64,000 bases of DNA, taken from NCBI RefSeq assembly GCF_963921235.1, contig NC_086098.1:212784001-212848000 (forward strand), read 5' to 3'. Below the pieces are notes generated by a model, which saw only the letters and a program-made list of their open reading frames with translations, was not told where the DNA came from and made no database searches. A program made the position numbers and the translations under genes. Every line of letters begins with the position of its first letter. Position 1 is the stretch's first letter. Origin of the DNA: Mobula hypostoma. Its lineage: Eukaryota. This document shows, piece by piece, positions 1 to 11,782 of this stretch.

Positions 1-372
1 TATAGAATTCAGGAGATTGATTCATAACTTTATAGAAGCGTCTGAAATCACGAGGGATATAGACAGGGTGAACACACATAGTCTTTTTCTCCCAGGGAAG
101 GGAAAATAAAACTAAGCGGGCATTGGATAAAGGTGAAAGGTATCATAAGGATCTGAGGACAACTTCTTCTCAAAGAGGGTGGTGTGTATATGGAATGAAC
201 TGCCAGAGGAAGTGGTTGGAAGAAGTACAAAAAATCATTTAAAAATATTTGGATAAGTACATGATTAGGAGGGGTTTAGGGGGAGACAGACCAGATGTGG
301 GCAAATGGACAAGCTTGGTGCAGTCCACGGTTGGCATGGATAGGATGTCCCAATAGGCCTGTTTCCATGCTG
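1..372 (+). mobile_element. CR1 LINE 3' end fragment (degraded)
   Basis: EFRRL-like start, TTCTTCTCAAAGAGGGTGGTGTGTATATGGAATGAACTGCCAGAGGAAGTGGT (FFxQRVVxxWNxLP region), and a GGCCTGTTTCCATGCTG tail; resembles the CR1 at 528-1860. Confidence 0.8.
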
Positions 373-527
373 AATTACTTTATCGCTGTAACCCTGCATG
401 ATGGTTCAAAGGTGGTTGTGGTGGGAGGAAGAGGAAGGGATTGAAAACGGCAAAGGGTCTTATTGCAGTAACTGTGCAGTGGATCATTATATGACACAGA
501 AAAAATCTTTGCCAACAATTCTTTAAT

Positions 528-1860
528 AGACAATAGGTGCAGGAGTAGGCCATTCAGCCCTTCGAGCCAGCACCACCATTCACTGTGATCATGGCTGATC
601 ATCCACAATCATTACCCTTTTCCTGCCTTTTCCCAATATCCCTTCACTCCGCTATCTTTAAGAGCTCTATCTAACTCTTTCTCGAAAGAATCCAGAGAAT
701 TGGCCTCCACTGCCTTCTGAGGCAGAGCATTCCACAGAACCACAACCCTCTGTGTGAAAAAGTTTTCCCTCAACTCCGTTCTAAATTGTCTACCCCTTAT
801 CCTTAAACTGTGGCCTCTGGTTCTGGACTCCCCCAACATCAGGAACATGTTTCCTGTCGCTAGCGTGTCCAATCCCTTAATAATCTTATATGTTTCAATT
901 AGATCCCCTCTCAGCCTTCTAAATTCCAGTGTATACAACCCCAGACGCTCCAATCTTTCAACATATGACAGTCCCGCCATCCCGGGAATTAACCTCGTGA
1001 ACCTACGCTGCACTCCCTCAATAGCTAGAATGTCCTTCCTGAAATTTGGAGACCAAAATTGTACACAATACTCCAGGTGTGGTCTCACCAGGGCCCTGTA
1101 CAACTGCAGAAGGACCTCTTTGCTACTATACTCAACTCCCCTTGTTATGAAGGCCAACATGCCATTAGCTTTCTTCACTGCCTGCTGTACCTGCATGCTT
1201 ACTTTCAGCCACTGATGAACACGGACACCTAGATCTCGTTGTACTTCCCCTTTTCCTAACTTGACACCATTCAGATAGTAATCTGCCTTCCTGTTCTTGC
1301 CACCAAAGTGGATAACCTCACATTTATCCACATTAAACTGCATCTGCCCACTCACCCAACCTGTCCAAGTCACCCTGCATTCTCATAACATCCTCTTCAC
1401 ATTTCACACTGCCACCCAGCTTTGTGTCATCTGCAAATTTGCTGATGTTACTTTTAATCCCTTCATCTAAATCATTAATGTATATTGTAAATAGCTGCGG
1501 TCCCAGCACCGAGCCTTGCGGTACCCTACTAGTCACTGCCTGCCATTCTGAAAAGGACCCATTAATCCCTACTCTTTGTTTCCTGTCTGCCAACCAATTT
1601 TCTATCCATGTCAGTACCCTACCCCCAATACCATTTGCTCTAATTTTGCACACTAACCTCTTATGTGGGAACTTATCAAAGGCTTTCTGAAAGTCCAGGT
1701 ACACTACATCCACTGGCTTTCCCATGTCCATTTTCATAGTTACATTCTCAAAAAATTCCAGAAGATTAGTCAAGCATGATTTCCCTTTCGTAAATCCATG
1801 CTGACTCAGACCTATCCTGCCACTGCTATCCAAATATGCCGCTATTTCATCTTTTATAAT
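528..1860 (-). mobile_element. CR1 LINE, 5'-truncated, young; ORF2 reverse transcriptase and C-terminus (ORFs 1333-1893 and 612-1373, one frameshift)
   Basis: QHGF, YLDFQKAFDK, VPQGSVLGP, KFADDTK, LVRPHLEYCVQFWSP, RTRGHSL, FFTQRVVVLWNALP; 3' UTR ends in a CTATTGTCTATT-type tail. Confidence 0.95.
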
Positions 1861-2229
1861 TGGAAGTTGCAAGTTAGTTACTATAATTGCCAATAAATTT
1901 CTTGGGGTTGGCTAAAGAAGGCATTACCAGCTTCATCACTTGCTTTATGTGACTACAATGAATGATCAAAAAATAGCCTGATCCAGTTTGGGTGGCCATT
2001 TTTCAAGCATTTCTGTGCCCTGGGCATTGGCACCTGAGCAACATTCCCTCTAATTTTCTTTTACAACTGCACAGAGCAACCACTGCTGTGAGCAGGAAAT
2101 TTTTAAGGGCCTGAAAGCTGTGTGGCAATTTAATTTTTTTGTTAATATGCATACAATGGATATTTAAAATATTTATATTCTATTTTACTAAAGAGGGAGG
2201 AGCGACTGGCCAGAGCATGCAGAGGTAGG

Positions 2230-3250
2230 CTTGCTACATGGTTTGGAGCACAGCACATTGTTATGAGGCCAGCGGAAGCACCTCTGACCACCTCAGTCCA
2301 CTTTGCTCAGCCAGCTTGCTTTTTAGGGCCCTATTTTGTCTTTCTAATTTCCCAGCAGATTGAGGATTCTAAGGACAGGTGAAATGGCGCTTACACTGTC
2401 AGGCTTTCATTAGGTCCTGTTTCACCTTGCCTGTGAACTATGGGCCATTATCACTCAAAATATTCTTAGGGATTCCAAACCTAGAAATAAATTCTCATAA
2501 TCAGAGTTTAGCGACAGTTATGGCATCATTTCTACAAGCTGGATACTCTTCCACCTACTGAGAGAAGAACTTACAATAACAAGTACATAATTATAACCTG
2601 TACATTTGGGTAATTGCATAAAGTCCACTTGGAGGTGATGAATGCTCCCCAAGGGAGGGTCCAACAGCGGATGGAATGGGTGGTGTTTTCGCAGGGTTAT
2701 GTTTCTGATAAATCATACTTTTCTTGCTAAAGCCAGAAATCCTGGTGCATACCACTCATTTTCGATCATACCCATCATTCCTCCTTTGCCTGCATATGGG
2801 CAAGCCAGGGGAGGGGAGCAGAGGGCGCTGCAGGATGCCCATCGAGGTGATGCCAGGGGCCTTGAGAGTTTTATATACAGTGTGCTTTGGTCCATGACAT
2901 CTATTTGGCCTCAGGTGCATCAAACTGAAATGGTGTAAGTTCATCAATAGAATTTGAACAAGAATTGGCAGCCTGAACAGACACTGGGGATGTTGTCCAA
3001 ATGTGTTATTTACAGTAAACTGTGTAGTCTTCTGTGCAGGTGGCAGTGGAGGTGGGAGCTGACTATTTTCAAAGTTCCCTTGGCACCAACGGCATCTTCG
3101 AGCCCAGTGGCCAGGCTGTCCACAAACAAAACACAATACTGATCCCTGCAGGTGTCTCCTTCTTATCCCTCTGCTGATCCACCGTCTCAACCCTGCGAGG
3201 CTGCCCTTGGTGCAGATGCTCGTAATTTATCGTCGTTTCATTGAATACTT
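2230..3250 (-). mobile_element. Endogenous retrovirus relic, class I (gamma/epsilon-like): Gag NC knuckle plus integrase
   Basis: CFVCGQPGHWARRC (CX2CX4HX4C, about 3091-3133); GKGGM..W.APGF..ARKV..KHNP zinc-binding region; HLQVDFMQLPKCTGYNYVLV; FISRFGIPKNILSDNGP; PQSAGKLERQNRALKSKL..LRWSEVLPLA; read across stops and frameshifts. Confidence 0.8.
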
Positions 3251-3529
3251 CTAATCTTTTAATATTGTAATTGCCTCTGACCATGTTGTAAAATGTTTAC
3301 TACTTTGCTTAACTCTTTCCCCTCCCATCCACACAAATTGCAGTGAACATTTTTTGGACTTGGGCTGCAGCCTTCTTTCTGTTCTAAGGAGAATAATCCC
3401 AGCCTTTCCAATTTAACCTTAAACTCCCTTGACCATTCAAATTATTTCAAATGTTCTTCTATATTCTTTCAGTATACTGTATACCCATGGTGACCCGAAG
3501 TGGAAGCATTCTCCTGATGTGCACTATAC

Positions 3530-4420
3530 GTTATCACTGTTTTATATGATGTGAAATTTGTTGTCATGTGGCAGAGGTATAGTACAAAGACATAAAGTTA
3601 CCAGAAATTACAAAATAAATATATAATGTAGAAATTAGAAATAATAACGTTCATCGTTCATAGCCTGCTCAGAAATCTGATGAGTGGGAGAAGCTTGTCC
3701 TGAATTGTTGAGTGTGTGTTTTCAGGGTCAAGTCCTTCTCTCTTTTGGTAGTAAGGAGAAGTGGGTATGTCCTGGATTGCCAGGTCCTTAATGAAGGATG
3801 CTGCTTTCTTGAAGCACCACCTTTTGAAGATGTCCTCGATGGTATGGCCGGTTGTGACTGAGATGGAGCTGCCTGAGTCTACAACCCTCTGCAGCCCCTT
3901 GTAATCCTACGCACTGGAGCCTATGTCCAGTCAGTGATGCAACCAGTCAGGATACTCTCCACCACTTATCAACAGAAATTTGTAAGAGTCTTTGCTGACA
4001 TACCAATTTTCCTCAAACTCCTTACAAAGTAGAGCTATTCATGCCTTCTTCATGGTTGTGTCAATGCCTTTAGCCCAGAACGGATCCTTGGAGAAGTTAG
4101 CATTCAGTAACTTGAAGCTCTTTGCCCTTTCCATCACTGACGTTTCAATGAGGACTGGTGTATTTTCTCCCCACTTCCACTTCCTGAAGACCACAATCAA
4201 TTTCTTAGTCTTGCTGACTTGGAGGGTGAGTTTTTCATTGCGACACCACAGGACAAGCCAATCTATCTCACTCCCGTCTGCCCTTCATGACCATCTGAGA
4301 ATTTACCAAAACAACAGGTGTCATCTCCAAATTTATAAATGAGCTGTGTTTAGCCACCCAGTCATAAGTGTGGAGTGCGCAGTAGAGTAGTGGGTTAAGC
4401 ATGTATCCTTGAGGTGTGTT
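3530..4420 (-). mobile_element. Rex1/Babar-type LINE 3' fragment (degraded)
   Basis: Nucleotide resemblance to the copies at 17790-18470 and 53720-54700 (CAGAAATCTGATG, GAAGACCACAATCAATTTCTTAGTCTTGCTGAC = reverse of the [12 protein letters not shown] region). Confidence 0.75.
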
Positions 4421-5569
4421 TATTTATTAATACAATTTACTAATGTGACCTTCCATCTTGAAAGATTTATATACATCTATCTGCAAAACAATTGCTCGGC
4501 ACAAACTACATTCGCTACCTTATAGGCTTTACTGCATTCTACTGTTGTACCCTGTATTACTACATGCCCTGCTGCCCAAGAAGCATCATCCACTGCTTTT
4601 AATATTGTTTTGCCCTTTTCACAAACACACTACTATAAACACATATGTGTTGTATGTTTGGGTCGAGACACCTGTTTATCATCTTGCAGCGCTGGGCTCA
4701 CTGCCATGTTGTCTGACTAGAAAATTTACCCTGATATTCAAGAAGAAAATTGTAGGAAAACAGCTTTCTTTTTGAACTTCTAATTCACCCAAACAACGAC
4801 CCTTTCTTTCAAGTGAATTATAAATCTTACTGCTTTCCAACACTTACTCATAAATATGTAGCTTTTGACAAAATTCTGACATAATTCTTCTAAATCTTCC
4901 ACAATTTCCTTTAAATTATTCCAGTCACCATTTTAGTAATAAATTACACTTGTTACTTTCCTGAACATATTATGTTATATATATCACTAAAAAAAAATCA
5001 AGCGAATGATGTTTCATTACAGATGTTCCTGAAGCAGTAGAGATCAGGTTGCTAAATTGTACTCTTATTAATCTCTATTGATCTAACTTCCATAGAAGTA
5101 TCAGAGAAGAATTATTGGCACCATTATTACTCTATAGAGGGGAATATTATGTTCCAAATAACATCTCATTCATGGAAAGTACTTGTTTTAAAAATTGTGC
5201 ACTCTGGCAAGTCTAATACAAAATAATAAATTCTCAACAAAAATATATTTTTGAAAAATCAGTTTCTTGGATGATGGGATTGGAGTAGGAAAGGGCAAAC
5301 GTAGCTGTTAATATGGAATTTAAAATTATATATAGAAGTACAACAGAGTTACTTTTGCAAGGCTAGGTTTGTTGCGAGGGGTTAGAGAGACTGTCAACTG
5401 TATAACCCAGAGTAGCGCTGACAGCCTGAGGTGTAGCCTATGGATGCCGAAAGCAGAAAGTTTCACTGTCATCCCACTCAACTTGACAAGTACAAATATA
5501 CATTAAAATAGATAATAAATGACATTTACATCCACTCACTAAGATGGTAGAAAAGCATAAGTAATTGCT

Positions 5570-6050
5570 TTATTGGATAGAAGATTGGCTGGCGGGCTTT
5601 TTCTGGTTGGCTGCCAGTGATTAGTGGTGTTCTTCAGGGATCGGTACTATGAATGCTTGTTTTTACGTTATATATCGATGATTTGGATGACGGAATTGAT
5701 AGCTTTGTGGCCAAGTTTGCGGATGATACAAAGAAAACTGGAGGAGCAGGTAGTCTTGCGGAAGCAGAGAGTTTGCAGAGGGACTTGGACAGATTAGGAG
5801 AAAGGGCAAGGAAGTGGTAAATGGAATAGAGTGTACGGAAGTGTATGGTCATGCATATTAGTAGAGGGAATAAAGGCAAAGACTATTTTCTAAATGGAAA
5901 GCAAATTCAGAAATTGGAGGTGCAAAGGTTAGCTTGTAGGTTGATTCAATAGTAAGAAAGGCAATTGCAATGTTAGCATTCCTTTGAGAGGATTAGAATA
6001 TAAAATCAAGGATGTAATGCTAAGGCTTTATAAGGTGTTGATCAGACCAA
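5570..6050 (+). mobile_element. CR1 RT fragment
   Basis: WIEDWL, SGVLQGSVL, IDDLDDGIDSFVAKFADDTK, LQRDLDRLGE readable on + strand. Confidence 0.9.
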
Positions 6051-6159
6051 ATGGACCAAACCTCTAATTTGGTAAAGGCAAAAGGTGGAGATGTTTCATG
6101 ATAAACTCTTGGTAGTGCTCTGATGTGTCAGTTTTGCCAAACATGCGTTCTCCTGAAAT

Positions 6160-7905
6160 TAGTCATAGTCATACTTTATTGATCCCAGGGGGAAGTTGGT
6201 TTTCGTTACAGTTGCACCATAAATAATAAATAGTAATAGAACCATAAATAGTTAAATAGTAATATGTAATTTATGCCAGTAAATTATGAAATAAGTCCAG
6301 GACCAGCCTATTGGCTCAGGGTGTCTGACCCTCCAAGGGAGGAGTTGTAAAGTTTGATGGCCACAGGCAGGAATGACTTCCTATGATGCTCTGTGCTGCA
6401 TCTTGGAGGAATGAGTCTCTGGCTGAATGTAGTCCTGTGCCCAACCAGTACATTATGTAGTGGATGGGAGACATTGACCAAGATGGCATGCAACTTAGAC
6501 AGCATCCTCTTTTCAGACACCACCGTGAGAGAGTCCAGTTCCATCCTCACAACATCACTGGCCTTACGAATAAGTTTGTTGATTCTGTTGGTGTCTGCTA
6601 CCCTCAGCCTGCTGCCCCAGCACACAACAGCAAACATGATAGCACTGGCCACCACAGACTCGTAGAACATCCTCAGCATCGTCCGGCAGATGTTAAAGGA
6701 CCTCAGTCTCCTCAGGAAATAGAAACGGCTCTGACCCTTCTTGTAGACAGTCTCAGTGTTCTTTGACCAGTCCAGTTTATTGTCAATTCATATCCCCAGG
6801 TATTTGTAATCCTCCACCAAGTCCACACTGACCCTCTGGATGAAAACAGGGGTCACCGGTACCTTAGCTCTCCTCAGGTCTACCACCAGCTTCTTAGTCT
6901 TTTTCACATTAAGCTGCAGATAATTCTGCTCACACCATGTGACAAAGTTTCCTACAGTAGCCCTGTACTCGACCTCATCTCCCTTGCTCATACATCCAAC
7001 TATGGCAGAGTCATCCGAAAACTTCTGAAGATGACAAGACTCTGTGCAGTAGTTGAAGTCCGAGGTGTAAATGGTGAAGAGAAAGGGAGACAGTCCCCTG
7101 TGGAGCCCCAGTGCTGCTGATCACTCTGTCGGACACACAGTGTTTCAAGCACACGTACTGTGGTCTGCCAGTCAGGCAATCAAGAATCCATGACACCAGG
7201 GGAGCATCCACCTGCATCGCTGTCAGCTTCTCCCCCAGCAGAGCAGGGCGGATGGTGTTGAACGCACTGGAGAAGTCAAAAAACATGACCCTCACAGTGC
7301 TCGCTGGCTTGTCCAGGTGGGCGTAGACACGGTTCAGCAGATAGACGATGGCATCCTCAACTCCTAGTCGGGGCTGGTAGGCGAACTGGAGGGGATCTAA
7401 GTGTGGCCTGACCATAGGCTGGAGCAGCTCCAGAACAAGTCTCTCCAGGGTCGTCATGATGTGGGAGGTCAATGCCACCAGTCTGTAGTCATTGAGGCCG
7501 CTGGGGCGCGGCGTCTTTGGCACAGGGACGAGGCAGGATGTCTTTCACAGTACAGGAACCCTCTGGAGCCTCAGGCTCAGGTTGAATACATGGTGAAGTA
7601 CTCCACATAGCTGAGGGGCACAGGCTTTGAGCACCCTGGTATTGACACCTTCCGGTCCTGCAGCCTTGCTTGGGTTGAGACGTTTCAGCTGTCTTCTCAC
7701 CTGTTCAGCCGTGAAGCTCACTGTGGTGGTTTTGTGTGGGGAAGGGGTATAGTCATGAAAGCAGGGTGGGGGACTGTGAGGAGGGGTGGGAGGGGAGAGT
7801 GGAACATGTGTTGATTGGGGGCTGACAACAGATGGCTCATGAGGGGGATGGGCAGGGGTCACAATGTCAAATCTGTTAAAGAACAGGTTAAGTTCGGTGT
7901 ACAAG
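6160..7905 (-). mobile_element. Rex1/Babar LINE, 5'-truncated, RT plus C-terminal region (ORFs 7545-7904, 7011-7523, 6788-6991, 6308-6679)
   Basis: KAAGPEG, LNDYRLVALTSHIM, LDPLQFAY, FFDFSSAFNTI, GAPQG, LNVKKTK, YKYLG, FYESVVASAIMFAVVCW; 3' end AATAAA followed by (ATGACT)n. Confidence 0.93.
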
Positions 7906-8029
7906 TTAAATTGTACACCTAATGGTCAAATGTCGTCCATTCTATTTCCCTACCGACTGCAATTTCCATACCATATAACAATTACAGCACGGAAACAGGC
8001 CATCTCGGCCCATCAGTGACCAACTATAA

Positions 8030-8578
8030 TCAAGTGCTTGAGATACTGCATGATGCATCTCTGAGCAAGAAATAATCCATCCTGATGCATGTCAAATCAT
8101 AGTAGGAGACTTCAACCAGGTTTGTTTGAAGAAAACCTTGCCCAATCACCATTAGCATATAACCTGTAGCATCAGAAGTCCCAAACACTAGAACACTGTT
8201 ATACTAAGATTAGGAATGCCTACCATTCCATCCTCAGACTGCATTTCTGTAAATTGGATCACTTGGCTGTCCTTCTCCTACCTGTATACTGGCAAAGGCT
8301 AAAGAGCAAATCTCCATAGCTTAGGACAACAAAGAGGTGGTCACAGTAGGAAGTGGAGTGGCTATGGGATTGCTTTGAGTTGGTGGACTGGGCCGTGTTC
8401 AGGTACTCAACTGTGGATCTGAATGAATATATCATGGTTGTAATGGAGTTTATTAAAACAGCTGTAGATGAGTGTGTCTCCACAAAGTCAATCAGAGTCT
8501 ACCCCAATCAGAAGCCTTGGATAAACCATGAGATCCACAATCTGCTGAGAGGCAGATCAGAGGTGACCAAGAAAGTTA
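8030..8578 (+). mobile_element. Rex1-like LINE, endonuclease/linker part; left piece of a copy interrupted by Tc1
   Basis: GDFN motif (GGAGACTTCAAC), DH motif, CFELVDWAVF, YPNQKPWIN; continues after 11782. Confidence 0.85.
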
Positions 8579-8800
8579 CAGTGGCATGCAAAAGTTTGGG
8601 CACCCGGGTCAAAATTTCTGTTACTGTGAATTGCTAAGGCATAAAGTTAAAGTCGACATATTTCTTTAGTATTTTAAGCAAGCAAACTTTTCTTATTTCC
8701 ATCTTTTACAGTTTCAAAATAACAAAAAAGGAAAAGGGCCCGAAGCAAAGGTTTGGACACCCTGCATGGCAGTACTTAGTAACACCCCCTTTGGTAGGTA

Positions 8801-10410
8801 CAGGTTTCCCCCGCCATCTGAAGGTAGAGCGTTCCTATGAAACGATTTGTAAGCCGAAATGTCGTAAAGCGAAGAAGCAATTACCATTTATTTATATGGG
8901 AAAATTTTGTGAGCGTTCGCAGACCCAAAAATAACCTACCAAATCATGCCAAATAACACATAAAACCTAAAATAACAGTAACATATAGTAAAAGCAGGAA
9001 TGATATGATAAATACACAGCCTATATAAAGTAGAAATACTTTTCCACAATCATTGCCGGCACTGTTCTCCGAAGCAAAAACCTCACGCAAGTGCTCTCGG
9101 CAGAAAATCTCACGCAAGCGCTCTCGGCAAAAACACTCTCTCCAGTAACCTTTAAGCTATGAAGCTGCCAAATCATACCAAATAACATGTAAAAATACAC
9201 AGCCTATATAAAGTAGAAATAATGTATGAACAGTGTAGTATCACTTACCGGAATTGGGAAGACAGCACAGAGCACACTGATGATGGTGTGTTAGACTGAG
9301 TTGTCGAAGTTGCGGTGGTGCAGTGGCCCCCACCCTCCAGGCCGCCGACCGATACATTGCCACGAAGCATGCAGCTGTAGCCGGAAGGCACACAGCACAT
9401 CTTTGAGAAAAAAGCTGAAATAAACATGCTAGTTAATTAGGTGCCACCCGACACGTAATTGTTGGCCCAGATCAGTGCTGGTTGCCGAATGCATCCCCGC
9501 TGATCTGGGCCGACATTTACATGTCAGGCAGCACCTAATTAATTAGCTTGTTTATTTCGGCTTTTTTCTTAAAGATGTGCTGGGTGCGTCCCGGCTACCG
9601 CTGCATTCTCCACAAATCGGTATCTGTCCGGGGCCTGGGTGTTGGGGTGGTGGGACACTGGGGTGTCATCTCATCATCGTCTGCTTCCATTAGAGTAGGC
9701 GGCTCATCTTCTCCTATTACTGGCCCCTTCAATGTCGAAGGTCGAGGTTCGTCATCTGCTGTGGCTGATATGGAAGGCTTGCTTGACTGCTGAGCCTCGT
9801 GCATTTTTCTATCATACAGTTCTTTGTAAGCACTCAAACCATCCTGCAAATATCCCCTAAACCCACGTACCCTTTCAAAATTAAAGTCGTACTTTATCAT
9901 TGCAGTGAAAATCTCACGCAGTTGCTTCACGTTCATTTCGCTAATAAGTTCGGTTTCGATTGTTATCCTTTCCTCTTCCAATTGCATCAGCTCTTCATCT
10001 ATCAGTTCTTGGTCATGGGATGCCAAAACCTCTTCAATGTCATCTTCGTCAGCTTCCACAAGCCAAACCCACATTGTCCTTACTTCGTTCACCACAATCG
10101 AAACGCTTAATTATGTCTAGTTTTACACTAAGTGTAACACCCTTACGGGCTCTTTTGGGCTTTTCCAATACCTCAGAACTCATCTTGCAAACGGCTGCTC
10201 ACAGGCACGTGTTAAAGCAATGCCGTTCCGAATCCGGGTGAGAGCGGCTGCTCGGGGCATGAGCTGCCTTTTATCGCGTGCTGATTTTTTCACGCGCTGA
10301 TTTTTTTCACAGTGAAAACACCTTCTGAAAGCAAAAACACGGAACTAATGTAGGTCTTTCGTAACAGTGAGGTTTCGTAAAGCAAACGTTCGAAAAGCGG
10401 GGGACACCTG
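8801..10410 (-). mobile_element. Tigger/pogo-type internally deleted DNA transposon nested in the Tc1
   Basis: TA-CAGGTTTCCCCCGC ... GCGGGGGACACCTG-TA; ATG at 10183(-) gives MSSEVLEKPKRARKGVTLSVKLDIIKRFDCGE (psq/CENP-B-type HTH start); ORF 9595-10095 gives DDIEEVLASHDQELIDEEL..DFNFER..YKELYDRK (Tigger C-terminus). Confidence 0.88.
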
Positions 10411-10939
10411 TATCACAGCTTGTAAATGCTTTTTGTAGCCAGCCAAGAGTCTTTCAATTCTTGTTTGGGGAATTTTCGCCCATTCTTCCTCGCAAAAGGC
10501 TTCTAGTTCTGTGAGATTCTTGCGCCGTCTTGCATGCACCACTCTTTTGAGGTCTATCCACAGATTCTCGATGATGTTTAGGTCAGGGGACTGTGAGGGC
10601 CATGGCAAAACCTTCAGCTTGCGCCTCTAGAGGTAGTCCATTGTGGATTTTGAGGTGTGTTTAGGTTCATTATCCTGTTGTAGAAGCTATCCTCTTTTCA
10701 TCTTCAGCTTTTTTACAGACAATGTGATGTTTGCTTCCAGAATTTGCTGGTATTTAGTTGAATTCATTCTTCCCTCTACCAGTAAACGTTCCCCGTGCCA
10801 CTGGCTGCAACACAAGCCCAAAGCATGATCGATCCACCCCCGTGCTTAACAGTTGGAGAGGGGTTCTTTTCATGAAATTCTGCACCCTTTTTACTCCAAA
10901 CATACATTTGTTCATTGTGGACAAAAATTTCTATTCAAA

Positions 10940-11540
10940 AGGTTCAAAGGGACATCTAAACAAACCTGATGCATATTGGAAACAAGTCCTGTGGACTGAC
11001 GAAGTTAAAATAGAATTTTTTGGCTGCAATGAACAAAGGTATGTTTGAATAAAAAGGGTGCAGAATTTCATGAAAAGAACACCTCTCCAACTGTTAAGCA
11101 CAGGGGTGGATCGATCATGCTTTGGGCTTGTGTTGCAGCCAATGGCACGGGGAACATTTACTGGTAGAGGCAAGAATGAATTCAATTAAATACCAGCAAA
11201 TTCTGGAAGCAAATATCACACTGTCTGTAAAAAAGCCAAAGATGAAAAGAGGATGGCTTCTACAACAGGATAATGAACCTAAACACACCTCAAAATCCAC
11301 AATGGACTACCTCAAGAGGCGCAAGCTGAAGGTTTTGCCATGGCCCTCACAGTCCCCTGACCTGAACAACATCGAAAATCTGTGGATAGACCTCAAAGGA
11401 GCAGTGCATGCAAGACGGCCCAAGAATCTCACAGAACTAGAAGCCGTTTGCAAGGAAGAATGGGTGAAAATCCCCCAAATAAGAATTGAAAGACTCTTAG
11501 CTGGCTAAGAAAGTGTTTACAAGCTGTGATACTTGCCAAT
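10940..11540 (+). pseudogene. Tc1 transposase catalytic-domain remnant (no DNA-binding N-terminus)
   Basis: End of ORF 10758-11048 and ORF 11122-11508 carry the three catalytic motifs; frameshifted. Confidence 0.9.
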
Positions 11541-11782
11541 GGGGGTGTTACTAAGTACTGCCATGCAGGATGCCCAAACTTTTGTTTCGGGCCCTTTTCC
11601 TTTTTTGTTATTTTGAAACTGTAAAAGAAGGAAATAAAAAATGTTTTCTTGCTTAAAATATTAAAGAAATGTGTCATCTTTAACTTTATGCCTTTTGGAA
11701 ATCAATTCATCTTTTATTCGCTTAGTTATTAACAGTAATAGAAATTTTGACCGGGGTGCCCAAAATTTTGCATGCCACTGTA

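Larger units (their letters stand above)
8579..11780. mobile_element. Tc1 (DD34E, IR/DR-type) fold-back derivative with TA duplication
   Basis: TA-CAGTGGCATGCAAAAGTTTGGGCACCC ... GGGTGCCCAAAATTTTGCATGCCACTG-TA; inner direct repeat near 8745; transposase WKQVLWTDEVKIE, QQDNEPKH, WPSQSPDLNNIENLW with 34 residues between D and E. Confidence 0.95.

Noticed and set aside
754-1690. Plus-strand ORFs 754-1215 and 1424-1690
   Set aside because: Antisense shadows of the CR1 RT
1865-2230. Possible env or LTR downstream of the ERV integrase
   Set aside because: No convincing furin site, CX6CC motif or LTR termini seen
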